DNA of 63,102 nt, the filler included, from Chiloscyllium plagiosum (lineage: Eukaryota): the NCBI RefSeq assembly GCF_004010195.1. It is 3 parts of one record of this genome, joined end to end, with 100 filler letters (N's around TTAATTAATTAA, not from the genome) between each part and the next. Parts side by side here need not be neighbours in the genome. Positions count along the whole stretch, not along the records: positions 1 to 18,866 come from NC_057714.1; 2 more parts are not named here. One strand, written 5' to 3'. Both the position numbers and the translations under genes were made by a program. A model generated the notes under the pieces. It worked only from the letters and a program-made list of their open reading frames with translations, was not told the origin of the DNA and made no database searches. Positions 1 to 12,643 of the stretch are shown here, one piece after another. Position 1 is the first letter of the stretch, and each line of letters opens with the position of its first letter.

Positions 1-530
1 GGTTGTAGGGGACTGCTGCGTGCAGCACCCTCCACCCCAGATCCCCGAGGGAAAGGGGGAGGACTCCCGCGTAGAGAGCGCTCCACTGGGGATCCCCACC
101 GCCCGGTGGCAAATGGGCACACCAAGGCGTGTCCGGACGGTGGATGAGGGAGAAGAGGTGGACGGTGTGCAGCAGCAGTCTGTACAGGGCTCTCCTGTTC
201 ACCTCCCTAAACGAAACAAAGTTAAAATTTCGGAGGCGGCTCAGGTTGTGGGGCACAGGCTCCCGCGGGAAGTACGGGACCTTGGGGCCAATGTGAAATT
301 CCGTCCGGGCTGGGGTGAGCACAGACGGGATCCCACCGCACACCTGAGCGTCCTCCAACTGGTGCACTACGTCGGGTCCGAGCACCGCCGTTTTAAGGCG
401 TCGGATGGCGGTGGCCACGTACCGGACGTCTACCGCTGCCCTGCTCGCTATGTCCTGCGGCAGTGTCAGCCCAGGCCCCCGGCACCCAGCACGTCCCCGA
501 CTCTGGTCATCCTCGCCGCCACGGCCCACC
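1..530 (-). mobile_element. Tx1-clade non-LTR retrotransposon ORF2, C-terminal fragment (runs off the window edge)
   Basis: Minus-strand translation LYRLLLHTVHLFSLIHRPDTPWCAHLPPGGGDPQWSALYAGVLPLSLGDLGWRVLHAAVPYN resembles the post-RT region of Tx1 ORF2. Confidence 0.75.
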
Positions 531-889
531 CCAGGCAGCAGTGGTGGTTGAAGGTTGTGGGGAGGGGCCCCAAGGTGAGTCCCAGGCAGCAGTGGTGGAG
601 ACAGGCCTCAGACAACAGCAGCAGTGGAGGTAGGCCTCTGGCAAGTCCTAAGGCAGGCCCTTGGTCGCAGCAGTGGCGGGGGGGGGGGCAGACCTGTTGG
701 AGAGGGTCCCCAAGGCAAGTCCCAGGCAGCAGCAGTGAGGCAGGCTCCAAGCAGCAACAGCTGAGGCAGGTCCGGGCGGGGTCCCAGAGACCAGCAGTGG
801 GAGTGGGCCCCAGGTCAGCAGCAACACTCCCTTGACCTGGGTGAGGCCCAGGCTGCAGCTCCAAAAGTAGGCCCCAGACTCAAAAGCTC

Positions 890-960
890 TCACCTCCTTC
901 TGCTTCTGCCTCCTCCTCTTCTTCCTTCTTCCTTCCTTCCTTCCTTCCTTCCTCTCTCTC
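890..960. repeat. Pyrimidine-rich (CCTT/CTT/CT)n microsatellite
   Basis: ttccttccttccttcc and ctctctctc runs are visible directly. Confidence 0.9.
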
Positions 961-1029
961 AATGCAGGGCAGCTAGTCCAGGGACAGTCCCCTTCAAGGA
1001 GGAGAGTCCTTGCACGTGTGCACACTCAC

Positions 1030-1272
1030 ACTGATCCAACTCTCAAAATAGGCAAACACCCGAGTGGCCAGTGACAAACACTGCCCTTCACATCAAAGGG
1101 CAGTGCTGTGTGATCAAAACAGTGAAGGGGAGGGTAGGGACTAAATCAAAATAGAGTTGGAGGGAGAAATGATGCACTCCACTCCCTTCGGCGCCCACCT
1201 CTCCCTGAACAACTCCAGGGTGTTGGTGGACACCGTGTGCTCCTTCTCCAAGGACACCCAGGCCCTAACGTA
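1030..1272 (-). mobile_element. Tx1-clade element 3' end (ORF2 terminus plus 3' UTR hairpin)
   Basis: 1272->1141 reads YVRAWVSLEKEHTVSTNTLELFRERWAPKGVECIISPSNSILI*. A 10-bp stem cactgccctt/aagggcagtg lies at 1079-1105. Confidence 0.7.
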
Positions 1273-1286
1273 ACACCTTCCCTTGT

Positions 1287-1596
1287 GGGTGGCACGGTGG
1301 CACAGTGGTTAGCACTGCTGCCTCACAGCGCCAGAAACCCGAGGTCAATTCCCGACTCAGGCGACTGACTGTGTGGAGTTTGCACCTTCTCCCCGTGTCT
1401 GCGTGGGTTTCCTCCGGGTGCTCCGGTTTCCTCCCACAGTCCAAAGATGTGCGGGTCAGGTGAATTGGCCATGCTAAATTGCCCGTAGTGTTAGGTTAAA
1501 GGGGTAAATGTAGGGGTATGGGTGGGTTGCGCTTCGGCGGGTCGGTGTGGACTTGTTGGGCCGAAGGGTCTGTTTCCACACTAAGTAATCTAATCT
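1287..1596 (+). mobile_element. HE1-type tRNA-derived V-SINE, full length
   Basis: A box tggcacagtgg, B-box-like ggtcaattccc, V-domain ctgtgtggagtttgcaccttctccccgtgtctgcgtgggtttcctccgggtgctccggtttcctcccacagtccaaaga, CR1-like tail and (taatc)n end. Confidence 0.9.
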
Positions 1597-2989
1597 TTTT
1601 TCTTCTTCTTCTTCTTCTTTCATCTCTGTTTATATTTATTTTAGGCTTCTTTTTTTTTGTCTTTTTTTTCTTCTTTTTTTTCTTTTTCTTTAAGTAATCT
1701 AATCTAATCTGTCAGCCAGGGCTCCCTGATTGGACCAGATTAACATCTCCAATCAGGTTACTCATATTCTGTGAGGTTCACCTGGCTGACCTTGTTAGAA
1801 TCACCATACCTGTATTTACTAACCAGTCCATATGAAATAGAAACAGGAGTAGGCCTTTCATCTTGCTCCACCATCCTCTATGATCGCGGTTGATCCGACA
1901 TTCCTCAACCTTCCTACCCTTTCCCCGTAACCCTTGATCACCTGACTGATCAAGAATCTCTCTATTTCAGCCTTAAATATACACAAGGACTCTACCTCAC
2001 ACCTCTCTGTGGTAAGAAATTCAGGTTGCGCTATTTTCTCATCTACTTTATTGTAAACACATTGAGATGCAAGTCTTGTCTTTTTCACCTTGACATTCAC
2101 CTCAGTCTTAAGGCCCATTTTTTCGATCATCTTTTCTCCCCCTGCCTTCCATTTTTGCTTCTTCCTTTCCTATCTTTCATTTCATTTCCCTCTTTCTCTG
2201 TCTCCCCTTTCAAGTTCCCATCTCGCTGCTGTTCCAATTTAAATCACGCTGACTGTAGTGACAAGCAATCCTCTGAGGGTATTGGTCCCAGTCCTGCCCA
2301 GATGCCACCCAAAGTCGTTTGTAGAAGTCGCTCCAGAATGCTCCAATGCCCCAGGAATCTGAATCCCTCCTTCTGCTAACACAATTGCTCCAGCCATGTA
2401 TTTTTCTAATATATCCGGTCATTTCTAAATTCCCAGCACATGACACTGAGGTAACTACCTTTGAGGACTAAATTTACATCTTAAATTCTACACTCAGCTT
2501 CTGGGCCATCATCCCTTTTTTTAACCAATGTCACTGGTGTCAGTATGTATCATGACCATTGGCTGTTCACCCTCCAATACCTTTCAGAAATGATGTTCAA
2601 CTGAGGCCCATCTGCTTCCACCAGGTGAAGGTGAAATGTCCAACGGGTTATTTCAAGGAACATAGGAACTGGGGTAAAGTGAAAACAATCCAGGTTTGTC
2701 CAGCACAAATGACAAAAAGAGGCTGCTGGAAAAACTCCGCAGGTCTGGCAGCATCTGTGAAGAGAAATCAGAGTTAACGTTTCAGATCCAGAGACTCTTC
2801 CTCCGAACCCTCAAGATTTTCCATCCTCATACGCTCCAATCCTGGCTAACCTCCTTTGCACTCTCTCCAAAGCCTCCAAATCCTTCCTACAGTGTGGGGA
2901 GCAGAACTGCACCCAGTACTCCAAATGTGGCCTGACCAAACTCTTCTGTGGCTGCAACATGACCTGCCAATATTTGTACTCATAATGGA

Positions 2990-3880
2990 CAGATGGGGGC
3001 CCATTGGTATCATGCTGTGCTTCTAATCCAGAGAACCAGATAATCTCCTGGGGACCTGTGTTTGAAACTCGTCAACACAGCTGGTGGAATTTGAATTCAA
3101 CAAAATCTGTAATTAAAAGTCTAATGACGTCCACAAATCCATTGTCAATTGTTGGGAAAAACCCATCTGGTTCAGTGATGTCCTTTATGGAAGGAACTGC
3201 CATCCTTACCTGGTGTGGCTGACATGTGACTTCAAAACCACAGTCAATGTGGTTGACATGATGAGGCCACTTTTGGAAGACTGCATACAATCCTGGTCAC
3301 CTTTCCAGTGGGAAGGATGTTGTTAAATTGGAAATGATGCAGAAAGCATTCACAAGGATGTTGCTGGGTTTGGAGGGGTTGAGTTACACAGAGAAACTGA
3401 ATACGCTGGGGCTTGTTTCCCTGGATCATCGGTGGCTGAGGGACGACCTTATAGAGGTTTATAAATTCATGAGGGGCATGGATAGGGTAAATAACTGAGA
3501 TCTTTTTCCCAGGACAGGCGAGTCCAAAACTAAAGGGCATAGTGCTTAAGGTGAGAGGGGAAAGATTTGAAAAGGACTTAAAGGGCATCTTTTTCATGCA
3601 GAGGGTGGTACGTGTATGGAATGAGTTGCCAGAGGAAGTGGTGGAAGATGGTACAATTACAACATTTAAAAGGCATCTGGATGGGTATATGAATAGGAAG
3701 GGTTTAGGGGGATATGGGCCAAGTGCTGGCAAATGGGATCAGGTCAGATTGAGATGCCTAGTTAGCATGTTTCCATGCTGTATGGATCTATGACTTTTAA
3801 CAACCCTCTGGGCAATTAGGGATGGACAATAAATGCTGGCCTAGCCTGTGACACCCTCATTCTATGAATGAATACTAAAG
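2990..3880 (+). mobile_element. Second tRNA-headed SINE family, interrupted by a CR1 3' fragment (about 3260-3795)
   Basis: Core aaaacccatctggttcagtgatgtcctttatggaaggaactgccatccttacctgg and tail ggcaattagggatggacaataaatgctggcc. The inner piece encodes the CR1 ORF2 terminus (FFMQRVVRVWNELPEEVVE). Confidence 0.7.
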
Positions 3881-4059
3881 AATATTCAATGCCCTGAGCA
3901 ATGAAAGCAAACATACCTGCGGCCTATAACCATTAATGCATTTACTTGAAACCTTTTTTTAACCAACATATCCACTTGCGTTTCCACTTTGAGAGAGCTA
4001 TATACTTGCAACCAGAGATCCGGCTGTTTGTCAATACTCCTGAAGGTCCTGCCATTTCC

Positions 4060-5610
4060 TCAAGGCCTGATCAGGTGTACCCTAGAACTCTGTGGGAAGC
4101 TAGGGAAGTGATTGTTGGTCCCCTTGCTGAGATATTTGGATCATCGATAGTCACAGATGAGGCGCCGGAAGACTGGAGGTGGGCAAACGTGGTGCCACTG
4201 TTTAAGAAGGATGGTAAGGACAAGCCAGGGAACTATAGACCAGTGAGCCTGACATCGGTAGTGGGCAAGATGTTGGAGGGAATCCTGAGGGACAGAATTT
4301 ACATGTATTGGGAAAGGCAAGGACTGATTAGGGATAGTCAACATGGCTTTGTGCATGGGAAATCATGTCTCATGAACTTGATTGAGGTTTTTGAAGAAGT
4401 AATGAAGAGGATTGTTGAGGGTAGAGTGGTGGATGTGATCTATCTGGACTTCAGAAGAACGTTCAACAAGATTCCTCATGGGAGACTGGTTAGCAACGTT
4501 CAATCACATGGAATACAGGGAGAACTAGCCATGTGGATAGAGAACTGGCTCAAAGGTAGAAGACAGAGGGTGGTGGTGGAGGGTTGTTTTTCAGACTGGA
4601 AGCCTGTGACCAGTGGTGTGCCATAAGGATCGGTTCTGGGACCACTGCTTTTTGTCATTTATATAAATGATTTGGATGTGAAAATAGGAGGTATAGTTAG
4701 TAAGTTTGCAGATGACACCAAAATTGGAGGTGTAGTGGACAGCGAAAAAGATTACTTCAGATTACAACAGGATCTTGATCAGAGGGGCCAATAGGCCGAG
4801 GTGTGGTAGATGAAGTTTAATTTAGATAAATGCGAGGTGCTGCATTTTGGGAAAGCAAATTAGAACAGGACTTATACACTTAATGGTAAGGTCCGAGGAG
4901 TGTTGCTGAACAAAGAGACCTTGGAGTGCAGGTTCATAGCTCCTTGAAAGTGGAGTCGCAGGTAGATAGGATCGTGAAGAAGGCGTTTGGTATGCTTTCC
5001 TTTATTGGTCAAAGCATTGAGTTGGGAGGTCATGTTGTGGCTCTACAGGACATTGGTTCAGCCAGTTTTGGAATATTGTGTGCAATTCTAGTCGTCTTCC
5101 TATCAGAAGGATGTTGTGAAACTTGAAAGGGTTCAGAAAAGATTTACAAGTATATTGCAAGGGTTGGAGTGTTTAAGCTATAGGGAGAGGCTGAATAGGC
5201 TGGGGCTGTTTTTCCTGGAGCATCGGAGGCTGAGGGGTGACCTTATACAGATTTATAAAATCATGAGGGGCATGGACAGGATAAATAGGCAAGATCTTTT
5301 CCCTGGGGTGGGGGAGTCCAGAACTAGAGGGCATAAGTTTAGGATAAACGGGGAAAGATTTCAAAGTTACCTAAGGGGCCACTTTTTTCATGCAGAGGGT
5401 GGTACGTGTATGGAATTAACTGCCAGAGGATGTGGTGGAGGTTGGTATAATTACAACATTTAAAAGACATCTGGATGGGTATATGAATAGGAAGGGTTTA
5501 AAGGAATATTGGCCGGGTGCTGGCAGGTGGGACTAGATTGGGTTGGGATATCTGGTTGGCATGGACGGGTCGGACCAAAGAATCTTGATTCCATGCTGTA
5601 CATCTCTATG
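4060..5610 (+). mobile_element. CR1 LINE, 5'-truncated, decayed RT
   Basis: PEDWRWANVVPLFKKDGKDKPGNYRPVSLTS, SQHGF, FADDTK motif and a CR1 3' UTR; stops and frameshifts present. Confidence 0.95.
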
Positions 5611-5869
5611 CAACTCTAGCATTTGACCTCCCAATTGCATCATCTCACACCTGACTGGATTAAACTCCATCTGTCATTTCTCTGCCCAATATTCCAGTTG
5701 ATGTATATCCTCCTATCTGCTTTGACAATCTTCCTTGCTATCTTCAGCTCCACCAATGGTATTGTGAGGAAACACTTTCTTGCCCAGATGGTGATTGGAA
5801 TCTGGCACTCATGTCTATAAGATTGGGAGAGACAGATACCCTCTTAATGTTGAAGAAGATGGGCACTTG

Positions 5870-6571
5870 TGTTACGACATGGGGTAAACCATCCTGCTTA
5901 ATTTAAAACCAGCAACACAGAAAAGATTTATCTCATGCAGTAATCTGTGAACATTTGAGTGGCCAGGAACTATGCAAAGTAAACATTAACAACTTTATTT
6001 CTTAAAGTATGACAAAGAATAATTAACTAACCACTATTTACAATTTCTTTCTCTAACCTATCTTTTAGCTTCCCTTCTATAATACTAGTCTGATAAAACT
6101 CCCAATTAAATTTTACAAAAACAACACTTCCTATCTCCAAACCAGGCAGTGTAGGTTCTTATCTTTGGATGTTCCTGTATCTCCTTTTCTCCTTGTTAGG
6201 AATTTCTGCTTACAGATTACTGATCGAAAAGGGACTTTTAAGGGAGATGTTTTTTCAAGCATGGTATGTTATGCCTGGTAGTTCTCCTCTCAACTGTTCA
6301 ATTTTCCCCGGTCTTATACTCCAGACAATTGGAATGTGTCATTGGCTTTTAAGATTATCGATATGTTCAGTTCAAACTTGATTGGAGTTTGATATGTTTC
6401 AGGTATAATTTAAACCGATTGGCCGAATTTGAATTTGCTTTTGTCCAGGCAACGAACTAATCGTATTGTTCTACTCAATGTTACATTGTTACCTTTTTGA
6501 GAACACTTAGTACTGTGTCCGGTAGTTCTGCTTCTTTTAACTCTTAAAGGTACACCCACATCTTCATAACA
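5870..6571 (-). mobile_element. Solo LTR (702 bp) with 4-bp TSD
   Basis: Starts tgttacg and ends cataaca, flanked by cttg (5866-5869 and 6572-6575). It splits a CR1 tail remnant. Strand is inferred from AATAAA on the minus strand. Homologous to 32743-33441. Confidence 0.8.
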
Positions 6572-6884
6572 CTTGTGATGCCAAGACAATCAAGCCTATG
6601 GGCTGAGTACTGGAAAATGGGGTTAGATTAATTGGTCGTTGTTTTTGACTGGTCCAGACAATCGGACCTGGTCTCTTGCACTTTTCCGAAGTCCAAAAAT
6701 GTTACGTTATATTTTCAAGTACCTATCCAATTTAATACTGCAAGTTGCAACTGGATCTGTTCCCACCAGCCTTTCAGGCAATTTTTTCCACACTGTAACA
6801 CTTCATTGTGTTAAATAATAACATCTTAGCCCTTTCCTTGCATTTGATTGATTTACTATATCAAGCTCAAAGCTGTCTCATAGA

Positions 6885-7250
6885 AACTGACAGGCAGGAG
6901 GCTGGAAGAATGCAGCTAGCCAGGCAGCATCAGGAGGTGGAGAAGTTGATGTTTCAGGTGTAACTCTTCTTCAGGACTGGGGTGGGTGTGGGGGGAGCTG
7001 CAGATAAACGGGATGGCGGAGGCAGGATGGTGAGGTGGGGATGGGTGAAGACAGGTAGAGGGTACAACCTGATTGGTCAATGGGAGGAAGGAATCCGGTT
7101 GGTGGTTGGGTGCAGTGGAAGGGAGGGGGAGGGGCTGAGAAGGAAGTCAGGGATGGGGAGGGAGGTTATTTGAAATTGGAGAACTCAATGTTGAGTCCTC
7201 CAGCCTGTAGGGTGCCCAGGTGAAGATGAGGTGTTGTTCCTCCAATGTGC
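6885..7250 (-). mobile_element. Penelope-like element 3' end / pLTR with degenerate hammerhead
   Basis: The reverse strand encodes an EEQHLIF..G.LQ-like GIY-YIG C-terminus, followed by agtcctgaagaagagttacacctgaaacatcaac. Confidence 0.75.
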
Positions 7251-7684
7251 CCTGCAGTTGGTTTCAGCGCCCTATTGATTGGATAGGTTTCTGAGTTCAG
7301 CGACTGTGGTTTTATTAGTGATTATACCATCCCTCCTACACGTGACACACCCACAAACTGCTGTGTGACGGACAATCAGTTCATTGGATTTTTGTTTTCA
7401 TTTGTGCTCATCTCCGTTGGGAATAGTGGGTGTTTGTCGAGACACTGGGGGAATCTCTCAGCAGTGAGGGACTATGTTCAAAATTCCCAATGGGATCCGC
7501 AAGCGGACTTGGCCTGGAATGTGAAATATTGAAATTTCCTGTAGGTAGGGAGTAGGAAATGCATGGAATGGGCTCCACTGGAAGGCTGACGGGGCAACGT
7601 GCCCAGAGTAAGTGAATCTGTACCGAGAAGGAAATTCCGAATAGTGAACGGGATATTCTTATTTATTCTTAGGGCCTGCCTTAT

Positions 7685-7775
7685 TTCCTGAAGAAGGGCT
7701 TATGCCCGAAACATCGATTCTCCTGCTCCTTGGATGCTGCCTGACCTGCTGCGCTTTTCCAGCAACACATTTATC
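7685..7775 (+). mobile_element. PLE pLTR fragment with hammerhead core
   Basis: ctgaaga a gggc ttat gccc gaaac atc followed by gattctcctgctccttggatgctgcctgacctgctgcgcttttccagc. Confidence 0.8.
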
Positions 7776-9790
7776 AGCTAACCTTATCAAATGCCTTGCT
7801 AAAATCCATATACATCACATCCACTGCTCTACCTTCATCAACTTGTTTTGTCATATTCTCAAAGGATTCAACAAAACTTGTGAGATGTGACAAGCCCCTC
7901 ACAAAGCCATGCTGGCTATTTCTAATCAAACTATGGTTTTCCAAATAATTATAAATCCTGTCTCTCAGAATCCTCTCCAATAATACGCAACAATCAAACG
8001 AGACTAACTGATCTGTAATTCCCAGAGTTATCCCTATTTCCTTTCCTGAATAAGGGAATAACATTTGCCACCCTCCAATCATCTGGCATTACTCCAGTAG
8101 ACAGTGAGGATGCAAAGATCATCGCCAATGGTGCAGCAATCTCTCCCCTTACTTCCCGTTGTAACTAATGTTTATCCCGTCTTGCCCAGGGGACGTATCG
8201 ATCCTCATGTTTCAAAATTTGCAAAACATCCTCCTCCTTACCATTTGAGCATATCAGTCTGTTTCATGCTGTCCTCAGAAGTGCCAAGGTCCCTCTCAGT
8301 AGTGAATATTGAAGCAAATCATTCATTTAGGACCTCACCTGCCTCCTCCAACTCCAGGCACAAGATCCCTCCACTATCCCTGATTGGTCCTGTCCTCACT
8401 CTGGCCATCCTCAGTCCTCACATAAGTGTGGAATGTCTTAGGGGTTTTCCTTAATTCTACCCGCTAAAGCTTTTTCATGCCCCCTTCTAGCTCTCCTAAG
8501 TCCATTCTTCAGTTCCTTCCTGGATACCTTGTAACCCTCTGGATCCTTGTCTGATCGTCTGGATCCTCAACCTTAAGTAGGCTCCCTTCTTCCTCTTGAC
8601 TAGATGTTCCACAACCCTTGTCACCCAAGGTTCTTTTAACCTATCATCCCTTCCTTGCCTCAGTGGGACAAACCTATCCAGCAGTGCTTCATAAAAAACC
8701 TCCACATTTCTATTGTGCATCTCCTTGAGCATATCTGTTCCCAATTTAGGCACTCCTGTTCCTGCCTAATAGCATTGTAATTCCCCCTCCCCCAATTAAA
8801 TACTTTCCCACATCGTCTGCTCCTATCCTTCTCCACGACTATAGTAAATGTCAGGGAGTTGTGACCACTATCACAGATATACTCTCCCACTGAGAGATCT
8901 GACACCTGACCTAGTTTGTTGCCAAGCATCAAATCCAATATGGCCTCCCTTCTAGCCGGCCTATCTACATATGGAGTCAAGAATCCTTCCTGGATACAGC
9001 TGACAAAATCTGCTCCATCCAAACTATTTGCACTAGGGAGGTTCCAATCAATATTCATGAAGTTAAAGTCACCCATGACAACAACCCTGTTACTTCTGCA
9101 CCTTTCCAAAATCTGCCTCCCAGTCTGCTCCTCTGTGTCTCCGTTGCTATTGCAGGGTCTATAGAAAACTCCCAATAAAGTGACTGCTCCTTTCCTGTTT
9201 CTGCCCTCCACCTATACTGACTCTGTAGACAAACCCTCCTCAATAATCTCTCTTTCTGAAGCTGTGATACTATCCCTGATTAGCAATGCCACTCCTTCAC
9301 CTCCTTTACCTCCCTGCCTATTCCTTTTGAAACATCAAATAACCATCCCTGCCTCTGTGATACCCAACATCATAGCTCCTAGTACTGATCCATGCTCTAA
9401 GCTCATCAACCTTATTCCTGACATTTCTTGCGTTAAAATAGACACACTTTAACCCATCACACTGACCGTAACTTTGTCCTATCAACTGTCTATCCTTCCT
9501 CACAGACTCTCTTCACACTGTTCACCAGCTACCCTATCCTCTGATCCATAGCTCCAGTTCCCACCCTCCAGCCAAACTAGTTTAAACCCTCCCGCAGAGT
9601 TCTAGCAAACCTCCCACCCAGGATATTGGTGCCCCTCCTTGTGCAGGTCCTACCTTCCCCAGAAGGTATCCCAATGATCCACATATCTGAAGCCCTCCCT
9701 CCTACAATAGCCCTGCAGCCACATATTCATCTGCACTCGCTCTTTGTGCCTAGCCCCAGTAGGCTCTGGCAGCAATCCTGAGATTACTAG
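7776..9790 (-). mobile_element. CR1 LINE fragment (ORF1 esterase end, APE endonuclease, RT start)
   Basis: ORF-track peptides WLQGYCRREGFRYVDHW, KCVYFNARNVRNK, VVVMGDFNF and DVMYMDFSKAFDKV. Confidence 0.9.
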
Positions 9791-9917
9791 GGGGTGGGTC
9801 TCCTCCAGGCACTCTGGTTGCTTCCAACAGTCCAAAGGTGTGCAGGTTAGACCATAAGACATAGGAGCAGAAGTTAGGCCATTCAGCCCATTGTGCCTGC
9901 TATGCCATTCAATTATA

Positions 9918-11245
9918 GAGTCAGAGATCTACAGCATGGAATCAAGATTCTTTGGTCCAACCTGTCCATGCCAACCAGATATCCCAACCCAATCTAGTCC
10001 CATTTGCCAGCACCCGGCTCATATCCCTTCAAACCCTTCCAATTCATATACCCATCCAAATGCCTTTTAAATGTTGCAATTGTACCAGCCTCCACCACTT
10101 CCTCTGGCAGCTCATTCTATACACGTACCACCCTCTGTGTGAAAACATTGCCCCTTAGGTCTCTTTTATATCTTTCCCCTCTCACCTTAAAACTATGCCC
10201 CCTAGTTCTGGACTCCCCAACCCCAGGGAAAAGACTTTGCCTATTTATCCTATCCATGCACCTCATAATTTTGTAAACCTCTATAAGGTCACCCCTCAGC
10301 CTCCGCTCCAGGGAAAACAGCCCCAGCCTGTTCAGCCTCTCCCTATAGCTCAAACATTCCAACCCTTGCAATATACTTGTAAATCTTTTCTGATCCCTTT
10401 CAAGTTTCACAACATCTTTCCGATAGGAAGGAGACCAGAATTGCATGCAATGTTCCAACAGTGGCCTAACCAATGTCCAGCCCAGCCACAACATGACCTC
10501 CCAACTCGTGTACTCAATATTCTGACCGATAAAGGAAAGCATAACGAACACCTTCACTATTTTATCTATCTGTGACTCCACTTTCAAGGAGCTATGAATC
10601 TGCACTCCAAGTTCTCTTTGTTCAGCAACACTCCCTAGGACCTTACCATTAAGTGTATAAGTCCTGCTAAGATTTACTTTCACAAAATGCAGCACCTCGC
10701 ATTTATCTGAATTAAACTCCATCTGCCACTTCTCAGCCTATTGGCCCATCTGATCAAGATCCTGTTGTAATCTGAGGTAATCCTCTTCGCTGTCCACCAC
10801 ACCTCCAATTTTGGTGTCATCTGCAAACTTACTGACTGTACCTCTTATGCTCACATCCAAATCACTTTTGTAAATGACAAAAAGTAGAGGACCCAGTACC
10901 GATCCTTGTGGCACTCCACTGGTCACAGGCCTCCAGTCTGAAAAACAATCTTCCACCACCCTCTGTCTTCTACCTTTGCGCCAGTTCTGTATCCAAATGG
11001 CTAGTTCTCCCAGTATTCCATGAGATCTAAACTTGCTAATCGGTCTCCCATGTGGAACCTTGTCGAATGCCTTACTGAAGTCCATATAGATCACATCTAC
11101 TGCTCTGCCCTCATCAATCCTCTTTTTTTACTTCTTCAAAATACTCAATCAAGTTTGTGAGACATGATTTCCCACGCTCAAAGCCATGTTGACTATCCCT
11201 AATCAGTCCTTGCCTTTCCAAATACTTGTACGTCCTGTCCCTCAG
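9918..11245 (-). mobile_element. CR1 LINE 3' portion
   Basis: [29 protein letters not shown] and the C-terminal FTQRVVRV. Same subfamily as 4060-5610. Confidence 0.95.
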
Positions 11246-11249
11246 GGTT

Positions 11250-11640
11250 CAAAGGTTAGTTGGATTGGCCATGAAAAATGCAGGGTTATAAGGATTGTGG
11301 GGCAGCATGGGTCTAGGTGGGATGCTCTTCAGGAGGCGGTATGGACTTGATGGGCCAAATGGCCTGTTTCTGCACATACCATTCTCTGGCAAGCCTCACT
11401 CATAGAATACCCACAGTGCAGAAAGAGGCCATTCAGTCCCTGTCCTTCCAAAGAGCATCCTATCCTAACCTACTACACAACCTGAACACTATACCAAGGC
11501 CAATCCACCTAACCTTCAGACTGTGGGAGGAAACCCACGCAGGCACGGGGAGAATGTGCAAATTCCACTCAATCCATCACCCAAGGGTGGAATTGAACCG
11601 AGGTCCCTGGCACTGTGAGGCAGCTGTGCTAAGCACTGTG
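11250..11640. mobile_element. Two diverged HE1-type SINE fragments (plus-strand 3' part, then a minus-strand copy)
   Basis: ggattggccatg...atggcctgtttc on the plus strand; the reverse-strand head appears as gcactgtgaggcagctgtgctaagcactg. Confidence 0.7.
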
Positions 11641-12014
11641 CTATTTGGACAGGCGTCCCTATGGGCATACCTTAATTCTGAATCAGAACATTTGTGGGTT
11701 CCTGCTTCATTTTAGCGCTGTAGGCACAAGAAGTAGGCAGACACTACAGAGATTGAGTTACAGTCTTTCAGATGAGTTATTGAGCCAAGCTCCTGTCGAG
11801 ATGACCCTGTACCTCCCAGCCTGGTTACAGCAGCAACCTTCATTCCCTTTACATCTGGCCTCCTCAGTTTTGCGCTACGGAGGGTTGGTGTGGGCTTGTT
11901 GGGCTGAATGGCCTGTTTTCATGCTTTATGCTCAATGGGGATTTCTAACTCTCCGCCCACAGCCTCTGATACATTTGCTTTGTAGCTGAGCATCCAGCAA
12001 AGGGGAGTCTCCTG

Positions 12015-12170
12015 CCGGCCAGTTAGCTCAGTTAGCTGGATGGCTGGTTTATGATAGAGTGATGTTAGCAGTGTGGTTTTAATTCCTACACTACCTGAGG
12101 TTAGCATAAAGGTCCCACCTTCTCAACCTCTCCCCTCGCCTGAGGTGTGGTGACCCTCAGGTTAAACCCA
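12015..12170 (+). mobile_element. tRNA-derived SINE fragment (third family)
   Basis: A-box-like tagctcagttag, a degenerate B box and hairpin cctgagg...cctcagg. Confidence 0.45.
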
Positions 12171-12643
12171 ATTCTGATTGGCCCTCTCTCATGCTCCTCA
12201 CTCTGCAGTAGAATTACTCACTATCAGGGTTGGCCGGTCTTTAAGCTTTACCCAGACTACATAGCCTCTTTCTTTCTCCCTCCTTCCTCTCTGTGGGATT
12301 CTCCAATTCTCTCTAATCAGCCCATCCAGAGATGTTGTACCACACCACCAGAGATGGAGGCAGGGACATTACCACTGCACTCCTCCATTTCTGTTTCTCA
12401 GCTGCAGCAGCAGCTCGAAAGGCGGGAGCTTGGACCAGGGGCCTGCCAGGAACGGTGAGTCACTAATTTGAGCTTTTATATTTAAAATCAGTGAGCAGAG
12501 GTTTCTTTGAAAGGAGGCACTATTTATTTTTATTTCCGTCCAGCTATATAAGTCAGTGTTTTCTCAACCTGAGACCCCACCTTTGTAGGCCCTCCCACCC
12601 AAACACCTCCTCTAACCTTAAAGACCAGGGACACATCAGGTAA

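Noticed and set aside
20..835. 271-aa plus-strand ORF
   Set aside because: It is antisense to a GC-rich Tx1 fragment and has no recognisable domain.
1287..1360. tRNA-like sequences at SINE heads
   Set aside because: They have A/B boxes but continue into SINE bodies without a complete cloverleaf, so they are not tRNA genes.
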